Positions 31,338-40,931 of a DNA stretch of 64,000 nt are shown here, one piece after another; the first letter of the stretch is position 1; each line of letters opens with the position of its first letter. The notes below the pieces were generated by a model. That model made no database searches. It worked only from the letters and a program-made list of their open reading frames with translations, and was not told the origin of the DNA. Origin of the DNA: a plasmid; the sequence record NZ_CP024444.1; one strand, 5' to 3'. A program made the position numbers and the translations under genes.

Positions 31338-32909
31338 TCAACTTGAATAATTCTTCATAAACAAATTAAAATCCATGACTTGCTGCTGCTCTAACACTTC
31401 TTGCTCAAGAAGAGACTTTTGTGCAACTGATTCAAAAAATTGTTTACGCTCATCCGTCAAAACCTGTTTCGAAAAGTTATTCAAATGTTGCTGGCATTGA
31501 TGTAAAGCGAAGTCATTAAAACCTATATTATGTTGAAACATATATGTTAAGACCTTAGAGGATGGCGTTAAGAATGAATTCTCAATTTTAGCCTGTTGAG
31601 CATATATAGCTTCTTTATGTTTATTAATATCATTTGCATGATCGAGTAAATTAGCTAGAGGTCTAATATTAGCCAACAACTCTTGAGCCCAATCATACAT
31701 AGCAATTGAACTATCTCCATTTTGGAGTTCTAAATTTGGCTTTCGCCCCTTTTCAGCCACAAGGTGAAAGTTATTATTCGCCTGATTAAGGCTATCTTGA
31801 CTTAATGATGGGCTTTTATATAAAGCACAAAATAATAAAAATGCATCCAAAAAGTAAGCTTGCTCTAAATCAATTCCTAACGAAGAAAAAGGATTAATGT
31901 CCAAACAACGTATCTCGACATACTGTACCCCACGTGCATTTAATGCATGAAGCACACGCTCACCAGAATATGGAACTCGTTTTGGTCTAATATTTGAATA
32001 ATATTCATTTTCTATTTGCAAAATATTAGTATTAAGTTGCACCCATTCGTTATTTTTATGGGTACCAATATTCGTATACAAGGGGTAAGGTGTTTCTAAA
32101 GCCTCTTTTATACTATGAATGTATGAATTGAGACTATCAAAACAAGGAGAGATAGTAGATTGTGCACTACTTTGATAACCAATCTTACTCATTCGAAGAC
32201 TAGTCGCATAAGGCAAGTAGTAAGTGTCATTATCAAATTTTTTAAATTGATCTAAGTTTTTTTTTAAAAAATTTGAATTAACCGCTGGGGATGCTCCGAA
32301 TAGATAAATCAATAGCCAACTATAACGGTGAAAATTTCGTATCATATCCATATAAATTGATGACCGATCTTTATTTTCGAAAGTAGTTATATTATCTAGT
32401 TGGTATAAAAGCTGAATTAATTGCTCAGGTAATGAAAAATTATAGTGAATACCTGCTATACATTGCATGGCCCTACCATATCGAAGAGCTAATCCTTTTC
32501 GATAAACGTGTTTAAACTTACCAATATTTGAATTGCCATACTCAGCTATAGGAATCCTTTCTTCTTCTGGCAAAAGAGAAGGCATTGATGAACTCCAAAG
32601 GTATTCATTATTTAGTTTTGTATAAACAAAACGATGAATATCATTAAGTTCTGCAAGGACCTCTGAAGCACTCAAACAAGGTGGCGTAACAAATTCCATT
32701 AATGATTCGGAATAGTCTGTAGTAATAAACTCATTTGTCAAAGCTGATCCTAGTGTTTTTGGATGCGGTGTAAGCACCAAATTCCCATTCTTCGTTACAC
32801 GCAAACATTCACGTTCTATCCCTCGCAAACACATAGTCAATAAAGGTAAATTTTCACCTAGAATATTTAGACGATGAGTATAGTGTTCATCAAATATTAA
32901 TTTATCCAT
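31338..32909 (-). CDS. gshA: glutamate-cysteine ligase (gamma-glutamylcysteine synthetase)
   Basis: 523 aa. N-terminal GIERECLRV signature and overall length and colinearity with enterobacterial GshA. Confidence 0.85.
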   Translation of the reverse strand: MDKLIFDEHYTHRLNILGENLPLLTMCLRGIERECLRVTKNGNLVLTPHPKTLGSALTNEFITTDYSESLMEFVTPPCLSASEVLAELNDIHRFVYTKLNNEYLWSSSMPSLLPEEERIPIAEYGNSNIGKFKHVYRKGLALRYGRAMQCIAGIHYNFSLPEQLIQLLYQLDNITTFENKDRSSIYMDMIRNFHRYSWLLIYLFGASPAVNSNFLKKNLDQFKKFDNDTYYLPYATSLRMSKIGYQSSAQSTISPCFDSLNSYIHSIKEALETPYPLYTNIGTHKNNEWVQLNTNILQIENEYYSNIRPKRVPYSGERVLHALNARGVQYVEIRCLDINPFSSLGIDLEQAYFLDAFLLFCALYKSPSLSQDSLNQANNNFHLVAEKGRKPNLELQNGDSSIAMYDWAQELLANIRPLANLLDHANDINKHKEAIYAQQAKIENSFLTPSSKVLTYMFQHNIGFNDFALHQCQQHLNNFSKQVLTDERKQFFESVAQKSLLEQEVLEQQQVMDFNLFMKNYSS

Positions 32910-32931
32910 ATATCAAACCTTACATTCAAAG

Positions 32932-33702
32932 TTAATGTGCACCATGAACTACCCTATTAATTAAAGTTACTATAAGAATTCCTATAAAAAGCCAAAGAAT
33001 TTGGATAATGGTATCTTTAGTTGTCCAACGCTGTTGTAATTGAGGAATTAGATCTGATAAAGACACATAAATAAAACTACTACTAGCCAAAATCATAAGG
33101 AAAGGTTGCCATTGCTGTAATCCGGCCAGTAGAAAATATCCACTTAATCCACCTAAAGCTGTCATTGCACCAGCCATAGTAAGCTTTAGTACAGCAGCAC
33201 TACGATGATTTTTCTGCCTAAGAACTACCAAATCACCCATATGATGAGGTACTTCATGTACAAGAACCGAAGCAGCTGCAATCAGCCCAAGATGTATGTC
33301 AACAATGAAAATTGAAGCAATCAAAATACCATCACCAAAACAATGGACTCCATCACCCAATAATAGTGACCAACCATTAGTTGTATGTGGCTCATGTGAA
33401 TGATTATGCTCATGTCCGTGATGCCACAATTCAGCTTTATTAAGTAGAAAAAAGAAAACTAAACCAATTAGAAGTGCTAAAAAAAGTTGATGTGTATCTA
33501 TATTGCTTTCAAAAGCCTCTGGTAACAAATGTGTAAAACTTGTTGCTAATAACGCACCAGCTGCTAGACCTAAAAAGCCTTGTTGTACATAACTATCTTG
33601 ATTGTTAATAGCTGCCCCAGCTCTCGTTACCAATAAGTCTGCGATCAAAACGCTACCTATTCCTACGACCAGAGTGACTAGGGTAATAATGAAAAGTGAC
33701 AT
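32932..33702 (-). CDS. ZIP-family divalent metal transporter (ZupT-like)
   Basis: Eight TM segments, a His-rich loop HHGHEHNHSHEPH, and the ZIP signature HEVPHHMGDLVVL in TM4/5. Confidence 0.75.
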   Translation of the reverse strand: MSLFIITLVTLVVGIGSVLIADLLVTRAGAAINNQDSYVQQGFLGLAAGALLATSFTHLLPEAFESNIDTHQLFLALLIGLVFFFLLNKAELWHHGHEHNHSHEPHTTNGWSLLLGDGVHCFGDGILIASIFIVDIHLGLIAAASVLVHEVPHHMGDLVVLRQKNHRSAAVLKLTMAGAMTALGGLSGYFLLAGLQQWQPFLMILASSSFIYVSLSDLIPQLQQRWTTKDTIIQILWLFIGILIVTLINRVVHGAH

Positions 33703-33812
33703 AGATTTAATACATACCTAGTAGACAATCATTTTTAACTAATCGCATATACAAGCCGAAATTCGTTCGATACAACATCAAATTTGTAGATGTTGTATTA
33801 AGCAATCTAATA

Positions 33813-33835
33813 TACTATACCCACCTATAGTATAA
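33813..33835. promoter_or_regulatory. second FrmR/RcnR-type operator (ATACTATA-CCCACC-TATAGTAT) upstream of ZIP-gshA
   Basis: Same architecture and flanks (AATACTATACC...GTATAAAAGGG) as the frmR operator. About 110 bp upstream of the ZIP start. Confidence 0.5.
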
Positions 33836-34017
33836 AAGGGATTTTATAAAAAAGTTTAAGCCACTCAACAATTAATAGGAAATTATTTTAAATTCAATTA
33901 AATAGATACAAAAATCATGACATTCTTAATCAAATCTAGTCTATTGAGAAATTTTTATTTTTTACATTATACAAAAGAGCCTAAACAAAGGCCCTTTCAT
34001 CACTATTCTCTGAGCTC

Positions 34018-34125
34018 TTAGTATGCTAATTGAATTAAGAATCTAAAAATTCCTGCAATAACCGCTAATGTAACTACACCAATTACCCAAAGTAAGATAA
34101 ACCATCCTGTCTGTGAAAGTTTCAT
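34018..34125 (-). CDS. cydX: cytochrome bd small subunit (CydX-like), 35 aa
   Basis: Unannotated ORF MKLSQTGWFILLWVIGVVTLAVIAGIFRFLIQLAY. A single TM with a W-rich N-terminus like CydX. Lies 8 nt downstream of cydB, the canonical position. Confidence 0.5.
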   Translation of the reverse strand: MKLSQTGWFILLWVIGVVTLAVIAGIFRFLIQLAY

Positions 34126-34133
34126 ACAAACTC

Positions 34134-35138
34134 CTAATGATAACCAGCATCACCAACACGAACTTTACCTTTAAAAATCCAATATGAAAAAATGGTATAA
34201 GTCAGAATAATAGGAATGAGCAACAGTGCACCAATCAAAGCAAAAAGTTGACTATTCGCTGGGGCTGCAGCCTGCCAGATCGTTACTGAAGGTGGAATAA
34301 TATAAGGCCACAAACTAATTAAAAAACCTGTATAAGCAAGGAAGACTAAGCCTAACGTATAAATAAAAGGACTAAGTTCTTTCTTTTGTTTACATGCCCG
34401 TAAAGCCATTCCCGTAAAAATAAGTACTAATACAGGAATTGGACTAAAGTACATTAACTGAGGCTGACTAAACCAGCGTTCAGCAATTTGCGGTTGTGAA
34501 AGTGGTGTATAGATAGTAACTAATCCAAAAATAATAAATACTGAAATGATCAGTTTAGGCATCATTGAAAACATTTTTTCTTGAATTTCAGCATCAGTTT
34601 TATAAATTAACCATCCACATCCTAAAGTTGCATACAGAACGACTACACCAATACCAGTAAACACAGAGAAAGGTGTCAACCAGTCCAACTGCCCACCAGC
34701 ATAAACACCATTTAAGGTTTTAATACCCTGAATATATGCACCTAGAACTACACCTTGAAGAAAACCTGCAAATACTGAACCACTAATAAAAGCTTTATCC
34801 CACAGATGCTTAGTACGGTTTGCTTTAAATCGGAATTCAAAAGCAACTCCACGAAATATTAATGCGATCACCATCAAAATAATCGGCATATAAAGTGCAG
34901 AAAGAACTGTTGAATAAACTAGCGGAAAGGCAGCAAAAAGCCCCGCCCCACCAAGCACCATCCAAGTTTCATTACCATCCCAGACCGGAGCAACGGTATT
35001 CATTAGCACATCTCGCTCATTGGAACCTTTAATGAAAGGAAATAAAATTCCGATACCTAAGTCAAACCCATCTAGAATGACATAAATCAATACACCAATT
35101 CCAATAATGACAATCCAAATAAGAGATAAATCAATCAT
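34134..35138 (-). CDS. cydB: cytochrome bd ubiquinol oxidase subunit II
   Basis: N-terminus MIDLSLIWIVIIGIGVLIYVILDGFDLGIGIL is the CydB signature. Eight TM segments. The start overlaps cydA. Confidence 0.88.
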   Translation of the reverse strand: MIDLSLIWIVIIGIGVLIYVILDGFDLGIGILFPFIKGSNERDVLMNTVAPVWDGNETWMVLGGAGLFAAFPLVYSTVLSALYMPIILMVIALIFRGVAFEFRFKANRTKHLWDKAFISGSVFAGFLQGVVLGAYIQGIKTLNGVYAGGQLDWLTPFSVFTGIGVVVLYATLGCGWLIYKTDAEIQEKMFSMMPKLIISVFIIFGLVTIYTPLSQPQIAERWFSQPQLMYFSPIPVLVLIFTGMALRACKQKKELSPFIYTLGLVFLAYTGFLISLWPYIIPPSVTIWQAAAPANSQLFALIGALLLIPIILTYTIFSYWIFKGKVRVGDAGYH

Positions 35139-35607
35139 GGCGATTCTCCCGTATTGATTCTAGTTTATCTAAGCTTCCTTCAACCGCACTCATTGGTCGC
35201 ATCGGTGTTTGACCAACATCAGCATGTTCGCCTGAATGTACACTTAAGAATTGCGGGCCTTTATGCATTAGCTTTAACATGTAATAAATGCCAATACCGA
35301 AAACTACAAAATAAACCAGAACAAAAATAATTAGAGTTATTCCAACTTGCGATGCGGATACGGGTGACAACGCATCTTTAGTACGAAGTACATTGTAAAC
35401 AACCCAAGGTTGACGACCGACCTCTGTTGTAAACCAACCAGCTAGAAGAGCGATAAAACCTGACGGACCCATATATAATGCAAAACGTTGAAACCATTTA
35501 CTTTCATATAAACGGTCAGAACGACGCAGCCATAAGCCTAAGACGGCTAATAGCAGCATTAACATTCCCATACCAACCATGACACGGAAACTCCAAAAGA
35601 TGATCAA
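35131..35607 (-). pseudogene. cydA: cydA, C-terminal fragment only (truncated by IS3-family insertion)
   Basis: The 158 aa fragment matches the last TM helices of CydA (GRQPWVVYNVLRT). The open frame runs up to the IS3 terminal repeat at 35626, and no N-terminal part of about 350 aa is found elsewhere. Confidence 0.8.
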
Positions 35608-35720
35608 AGAATTCGGCCGATCTTCTGAACCGTCCTAGTTTTATCAGAGACAGGTTTACTTGAGTCAGGCAGCATAGCCTGACGGAATTAATGAACAATA
35701 GTACATATTTTCTGCATCTA

Positions 35721-36716
35721 CTACGAGCATAGCTCTCCGTCTTGCACTCGGGCGAAGCAGTGCTTCGCTAATCCTCGTTCAGGCGATACATATCCATTGG
35801 TAGAATGCAATCGTTCATAGTTGTACCAGTGTACCCAATCAAGGGTTGCTAGCGCAACATCATTTACGCCATCCCATTCCTGTTTCAAATAATCAATCAC
35901 CTCCGCTTTATATAGCCCATTCACGCTTTCAGCTAGGGCATTATCTGAGCGAGGAAATAGCGAAGCACTGCTTCGCCCGGGTGCAAGACGTAGGGCTATG
36001 CCCGAAGTGGAGTCACCAGTTGTACCAACCGATGCAGCAAGCCCCGATTGTTTAAGCCGTTCACCGTACTTAATCGATAGATACTGACTACCTTTATCAG
36101 AATGATGAATTACCCCGCTTGGTCTACCTCTAGCGTCTAAGGCTTGATTTAGGGCATCTAAGACCAGCTGAGTGTCCATATGATTCGATACTTTCCAACC
36201 CACAATAACTCGCTTAAATACGTCAATCACAAAGGCAGTATAGACCCAACCTGATTTAGTTTTAATGTAGGTAAAATCAGCGACCTGAGGAGCACTGCTC
36301 CGCAAGAGTCTTTTCTTGTTTGGGGCATCGGCAGTAAAGTTGCGTTTAACAAGGTCATTCGGCTTGTCTTGGTCGTCTCTCTGCTTCGTGGTGATTTTGC
36401 CTTTGCCTCGCCATACGCCTTGTATGCCAAGCTGTTTCATTAAGCGTTCAACGGTGCAACGAGCAAGCTTTGGCAAACCCTCTTGTTTGAGCTTGTGCCA
36501 AACTTTACGAATGCCATAGCGACAGCCACTGGCTTGCCAAATCTGTTTGATTTGTGCCATGAGGTGTTTGTCGCTTTGTTTGCGTCGACTTTGCTTTTCT
36601 GGGTTGTCTTGTTCATCTTTGATGCGATAGTAGGTGGATGGGGCAATTGGCAGGATTTTGCAAATCGGCTCGACCCCATATTTTTCTTTTTCATCATCAA
36701 TGAATTTGACCATCAC
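35721..36716 (-). CDS. IS3-family transposase OrfB (integrase core), carrying an atypical internal insert
   Basis: DDE region HSDKGSQYLS...DNALAESVNG. About 20 extra aa (SGIALRLAPGRSSASLFPR) sit where the family has GNCYDN. This coincides with a 33 bp inverted repeat at 35739-35771 and 35958-35990. Confidence 0.75.
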   Translation of the reverse strand: MMVKFIDDEKEKYGVEPICKILPIAPSTYYRIKDEQDNPEKQSRRKQSDKHLMAQIKQIWQASGCRYGIRKVWHKLKQEGLPKLARCTVERLMKQLGIQGVWRGKGKITTKQRDDQDKPNDLVKRNFTADAPNKKRLLRSSAPQVADFTYIKTKSGWVYTAFVIDVFKRVIVGWKVSNHMDTQLVLDALNQALDARGRPSGVIHHSDKGSQYLSIKYGERLKQSGLAASVGTTGDSTSGIALRLAPGRSSASLFPRSDNALAESVNGLYKAEVIDYLKQEWDGVNDVALATLDWVHWYNYERLHSTNGYVSPERGLAKHCFARVQDGELCS

Positions 36717-37030
36717 TTGGGTTTGCGGTCGAGCTCCGCCTGGGCTTCAATACCGGCTGCCTTGCGAATGATTTCGTTCGCTTGTTTGAGTTCTCTGATT
36801 TCTCGCTCAAGCTCAGCGATACGAGCCGCTTGGCTTTCAGTGCTTATAGTCACAGGATTTTGCTTAGCTAGGTGCTTTTGATGCCATGAGCGTAGGGTTT
36901 CAGGGGTACACCCGAATTTGGGGGCGATGGCTTGGATGGCCGCCCACAGTGAGGGATAATCTTTTTGTGATTCAATCAGTAATTCGACGGCTCTACTCTT
37001 AACTTCTGTTGGGTATTGTTTGCTTTTCAT
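36713..37030 (-). CDS. IS3-family transposase OrfA (HTH)
   Basis: 105 aa. HTH followed by a leucine-zipper-like ELEREIRELKQANEI segment. Confidence 0.8.
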   Translation of the reverse strand: MKSKQYPTEVKSRAVELLIESQKDYPSLWAAIQAIAPKFGCTPETLRSWHQKHLAKQNPVTISTESQAARIAELEREIRELKQANEIIRKAAGIEAQAELDRKPK

Positions 37031-37437
37031 AAGGGTATTGTCTCAGAGTTTTAGGTCTCCGACAATCCCGGGACGGTTCACTTTTGGTCGTCAAGTTTTA
37101 AAAGACTTAGTTTGTAAAAGCTCATTATTAGGAGATTTAGCTCTAAAGAAGAAAGTACATGAACACTTATTTAAGTTTTTAGAAAATACTATTAATTCTC
37201 TTTATAATCCAGATGCATATAAAGATAGTAGAATCGATATGGTATTTAAGGAAAAAGGCTTTACAATACGTAACAATATTTTAAGTTCAGATGTAAGACA
37301 AGATTTTAATAAAAAAAATTTTTCTGACCCAATTCACAAAATTTTTAAAGATATTGGAATTTTTTAAAGTTATAGATGCAACTCTAACCTTATAACTTTA
37401 ATTGTATAAGGTTAGTAGATAGCGCATTATATATTTA

Positions 37438-38421
37438 ACCCCACTCTCAACACTTTTAGAGGGGGTTGAAACAAAAAAGGCATGAACTTAAACTTTAATC
37501 AATGACCAAAAAGATTAGAGGATAAGCCATGCCCATTGATGAATTTATCATTAAAATCTATCTAATGGTAGATGACTACTACAAAAAGATTGTAACAAAC
37601 CGGCTAAGACAAGGCGGATATGCACCAAAGCTAACCGACAGTGAAATTATCACCATGGAGATAGTGGGTGAGTTTTTACAGATGGACACCGATTCACAAA
37701 TCCATCAGTATTTTAAACAGCATTGGCAAACATGGTTTCCACAAATAGGCTCATATCCCAACTTTGCCAAGCAGTGCGTCAATTTGTTACAGGTAAAAAC
37801 TTTGATACAACAGCATATCGTTAAACAGCATGGGCAAGACAACATTCATTTTATTGATGGCTTTCCCATTCCGGTGTGTCAATATGCCAGAGCCTATCGG
37901 CATAAAACCTTCGAATATGAAGGTAGCTATAGTTACTGTGCCTCAAAGCAACAAAAATATTTTGGCTTTGAAGGACATTTACTCATTAATCTATCGGGCA
38001 TGATAACCAATTTTACCTTTGCCTCTGCTAAGATAGATGAAAGGCTTGTTGCACCTGATATGCTTGATAATATCAAAGGCTTGTTAGGTGCAGATATGGG
38101 CTATATTAGCCCTGATTTATCTGAGTATTGCTTTAAGCGATGTGTTGATTTGCAAACACCGCTTAGAAAAAATATGCCCGATAAACGACCAATCAGTGTA
38201 CTTAATCGTCTTAAAAATTCTCGTCGCAATATTGAGACGGTGATTGGTCAGTTATCACAGCGGTTTAATATGCAAAAGGTGAGAGCGAGAGATTTATGGC
38301 ATTTATCCCACAGATTTATGCGTAAAATCTTGGCTCATAACGTTTGCTTTGTGATCAATAAACAGTTAGGTAATCCCCCACTTCAGTTTGAGTTGCTTAT
38401 TTCAAGTTGAGAGTGGGGTAT
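37438..38421 (+). mobile_element. IS982-family insertion sequence, copy 2 (same orientation as copy 1, about 96% identical)
   Basis: Same terminal repeats CCCCACTCTCAAC ... GTTGAGAGTGGGGT. The transposase differs from copy 1 at about 10 aa. Confidence 0.8.
37529..38410 (+). CDS. IS982-family transposase
   Basis: 293 aa, a paralog of the 20297-21178 protein. Confidence 0.85.
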   Translation: MPIDEFIIKIYLMVDDYYKKIVTNRLRQGGYAPKLTDSEIITMEIVGEFLQMDTDSQIHQYFKQHWQTWFPQIGSYPNFAKQCVNLLQVKTLIQQHIVKQHGQDNIHFIDGFPIPVCQYARAYRHKTFEYEGSYSYCASKQQKYFGFEGHLLINLSGMITNFTFASAKIDERLVAPDMLDNIKGLLGADMGYISPDLSEYCFKRCVDLQTPLRKNMPDKRPISVLNRLKNSRRNIETVIGQLSQRFNMQKVRARDLWHLSHRFMRKILAHNVCFVINKQLGNPPLQFELLISS

Positions 38422-38615
38422 TAAATAGAAAAAATAAAGAAACTCTAAAATATTGGTAAAATTAAAAACCTAAACCTAGTCTTTCATCTTTATTACCAAA
38501 ACAACCCACATCTAATTATTATCCAAACCCCATATATCACGTCATGCAATCGCTAAAATTTGGTTTGGTCTAATGGCTAATGTGATTAATTTATAGAGGC
38601 TTTTTTAAATTTATT

Positions 38616-39255
38616 TACGCTCAAATCGGTTTTTATACGTTATTTGCCATTTTCTTACGCTCAAATCGGTTTTTATACGTTATTTGCCATTTTCTTACGC
38701 TCAAATCGGTTTTTATACGTTATTTGCCATTTTCTTACGCTCAAACCCATTTTTATACGTTATTTGCCGTTTTCTTACGCTCAAACCCATTTTTATACGT
38801 TATTTGCCGTTTTCTTACGCTCAAACCCATTTTTATACGTTATTTACCATTTTCTTACGCTCAAACCCATTTTTATACGTTATTTACCATTTTCTTACGC
38901 TCAAACCCATTTTTATACGTTATTTGCCATTTTCTTACGCTCAAACCCATTTTTATACGTTATTTACCATTTTCTTACGCTCAAACCCATTTTTATACGT
39001 TATTTGCCATTTTCTTACGCTCAAACCCATTTTTATACGTTATTTACCATTTTCTTACGCTCAAACCCATTTTTATACGTTATTTGCCATTTTCTTACGC
39101 TCAAACCCATTTTTATACGTTATTTGCCGTTTTCTTACGCTCAAACCCATTTTTATACGTTATTTGCCATTTTCTTACGCTCAAATCGGTTTTTATACGT
39201 TATTTACCGTTTTCTTACGCTCAAACCCATTTTTATACGTTATTTGCCGTTTTCT
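38616..39255. repeat. 16 x 40 bp perfect-period tandem direct repeat array (iteron- or centromere-like)
   Basis: Unit TACGCTCAAACCCATTTTTATACGTTATTTGCCATTTTCT. The variants are CAAATCGGT / CAAACCCAT and GCCAT / ACCAT / GCCGT / ACCGT. There are no unique spacers. Confidence 0.95.
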
Positions 39256-39730
39256 TACGTTCTTGAAGGACTTAATCATATCTCTATATTTTCATCCAAG
39301 TTTTCATGTATCTTGGCGTTGAATTCGCTTAAAGGAAGTTTTCTGTTTCTAGCTTATGAAGTTCTCGCCTTTCTTACCAAAACATACTGAATTTTTTTAT
39401 TAATAGCTAATGTCAGATGCGCTCTAAGCTCGATGGTTGGGCAATCTTCACTTGAAATGTCATTAATGCTTTTTAAAATTTCAGTTTTTTAAAAATAGGT
39501 TCTGACAATAACTGCTTCATCCCAAAAATTTAATAAGAATTTCTTGAGTAACGGGAGATAGACAATTTTTTATCACGGTTTGCGCCGCTTCTGCCCTATA
39601 TGTAATGCCCTATATTTAACTTTTGAAATAGCGATAGCTTGATTTAGGTTTTGTCCAGCCAAAAACCGCAGGACTTTTATTCTGTCGCCTTATGGCGACA
39701 ACGATTCGGGTTTTTGGGCTGTTGGGCTAA

Positions 39731-40042
39731 TTAAGGTTTATTGCTTTCCTTATTTTTCACTTTTTCGCGATTGGCTTTTATCCTATCAACCGATTTTTTA
39801 GTTTCATTATCAAGTTGTGGTGCGGTGTTACCAACGGTTTGTAAATCAACTTTTAGTCGAATATTTTGGATATGTCGCTCTCGATTTTGGTTTTGTACAT
39901 CGGCTTGATGAAAAAATGCTTGGATAAAAAGCAAGGTCAAGCTAAAGACAAAAGCAAAAAGAAAGATACCGTTACGGACTTCTTTTAGTGTGCCTTTGGC
40001 TTTGTCGCCAATTTCTAACTTAAAGTTATTTGATAGTTTCAT
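39731..40042 (-). CDS. hypothetical small membrane protein (first unit carrying the conserved 5' module)
   Basis: 103 aa with one TM segment. A conserved promoter and UTR module lies immediately upstream (40046-40150). Confidence 0.5.
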   Translation of the reverse strand: MKLSNNFKLEIGDKAKGTLKEVRNGIFLFAFVFSLTLLFIQAFFHQADVQNQNRERHIQNIRLKVDLQTVGNTAPQLDNETKKSVDRIKANREKVKNKESNKP

Positions 40043-40440
40043 AATGTTTTACCTTTTTGGAAGTAGAAATGTGATTGAGCCTATCTCGAAATCACCTGCT
40101 TATAATAACGGTTTTAGCGTGTATTGTCAAGCGGTTTAACCGTTTTTTTCATGTAAAGAAAAGTAACCAAACATAGGCTGTGCCTAGCTTTTAGCCTATT
40201 TTGACTACCAAAAAATGCGTTACAATTTTCCCCATATTTAAGGTTTTTCTAAACCCATTTCACCCTGTATGTAATGGCTTTTCAAACCACTGTTCACCCT
40301 ATAATTAAAGGCTTTTCTTGAATTAGCGATAGCTTGATTTAGATTTATCCGCACCCAAAAAAATGCCCAAGCAATCGCAAGGGCAAAGTTGACATTCGGG
40401 GAATGGGTAGGCAATCACGCCTACCGTTTTCATTTGGGGG

Positions 40441-40758
40441 TTACTGGTAGTAATTGTAGCAATCGCCAAGCAGTTTCATAAAGTCGTCACGACGGTTTTC
40501 CATTTCGGTTTCCACATCGTCAAATTTACCATCTTCGTTACATTCTTCATCCACGTAAAGGCTCACATCATCATCTAACATCAGGTAGCGTAAACCCTCA
40601 ATGACAATGAAGTTACCTATGGCACGTACTGGGTAGCCATAGTGTACCCATGATGCAGTGAATTGTTCGGTGTCGCTGTCAAAACTGATATTTGGGCTAA
40701 CCTTAAGAATATCGTTAACAACTTCTTGGGCTTTGGTGTTATTGGTAGTGGTAGTCAT
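40441..40758 (-). CDS. hypothetical acidic protein
   Basis: 105 aa, D/E-rich. Conserved 5' module at 40762-40905. Confidence 0.6.
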   Translation of the reverse strand: MTTTTNNTKAQEVVNDILKVSPNISFDSDTEQFTASWVHYGYPVRAIGNFIVIEGLRYLMLDDDVSLYVDEECNEDGKFDDVETEMENRRDDFMKLLGDCYNYYQ

Positions 40759-40761
40759 AAT

Positions 40762-40905
40762 TTCGTTCCTTGTGGTTGGTATGGTTTCGAGCCTTTCTCG
40801 TTTCCATGTGCTTATTATGACGGTTTAACCGTTTATAGTCAAGCGGTTTAACCGTGTTTTACCCATTTTCCGACGAACGGTAAAACCGTTTTCGACCACA
40901 TTTCA
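40762..40905 (-). promoter_or_regulatory. conserved promoter/5'UTR/RBS module (representative copy)
   Basis: In gene orientation: ACGGTAAAACCGTT ... ACGGTTAAACCGCTTGACT-N17-TAATAAGC ... CATGGAAACGAGAAAGGCTC ... CCAACCACAAGGAACGAAATT-ATG. Confidence 0.7.
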
Positions 40906-40931
40906 GACATTTATCCCTCTATTTAAAAAAC

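Larger units (their letters stand above)
35626..37080 (-). mobile_element. IS3-family insertion sequence (orfA/orfB with -1 frameshift)
   Basis: Terminal inverted repeats TGAACCGTCC...GGACGGTTCA at 35626 and 37080. orfA (HTH) overlaps orfB (DDE, HSDKGSQY) by 4 nt. Confidence 0.75.

Noticed and set aside
38616-39255. CRISPR array interpretation of the 40 bp repeats
   Set aside because: Units are contiguous with no unique spacers between them, so this is a plain tandem direct repeat.
38644-39390. Three long overlapping plus-strand ORFs (248, 212 and 180 aa) with repetitive FSYAQTHFYTLF... translations
   Set aside because: They are artefacts of translating the 40 bp tandem array, since 40 is not a multiple of 3 and the frame cycles. 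No start or RBS context is present.
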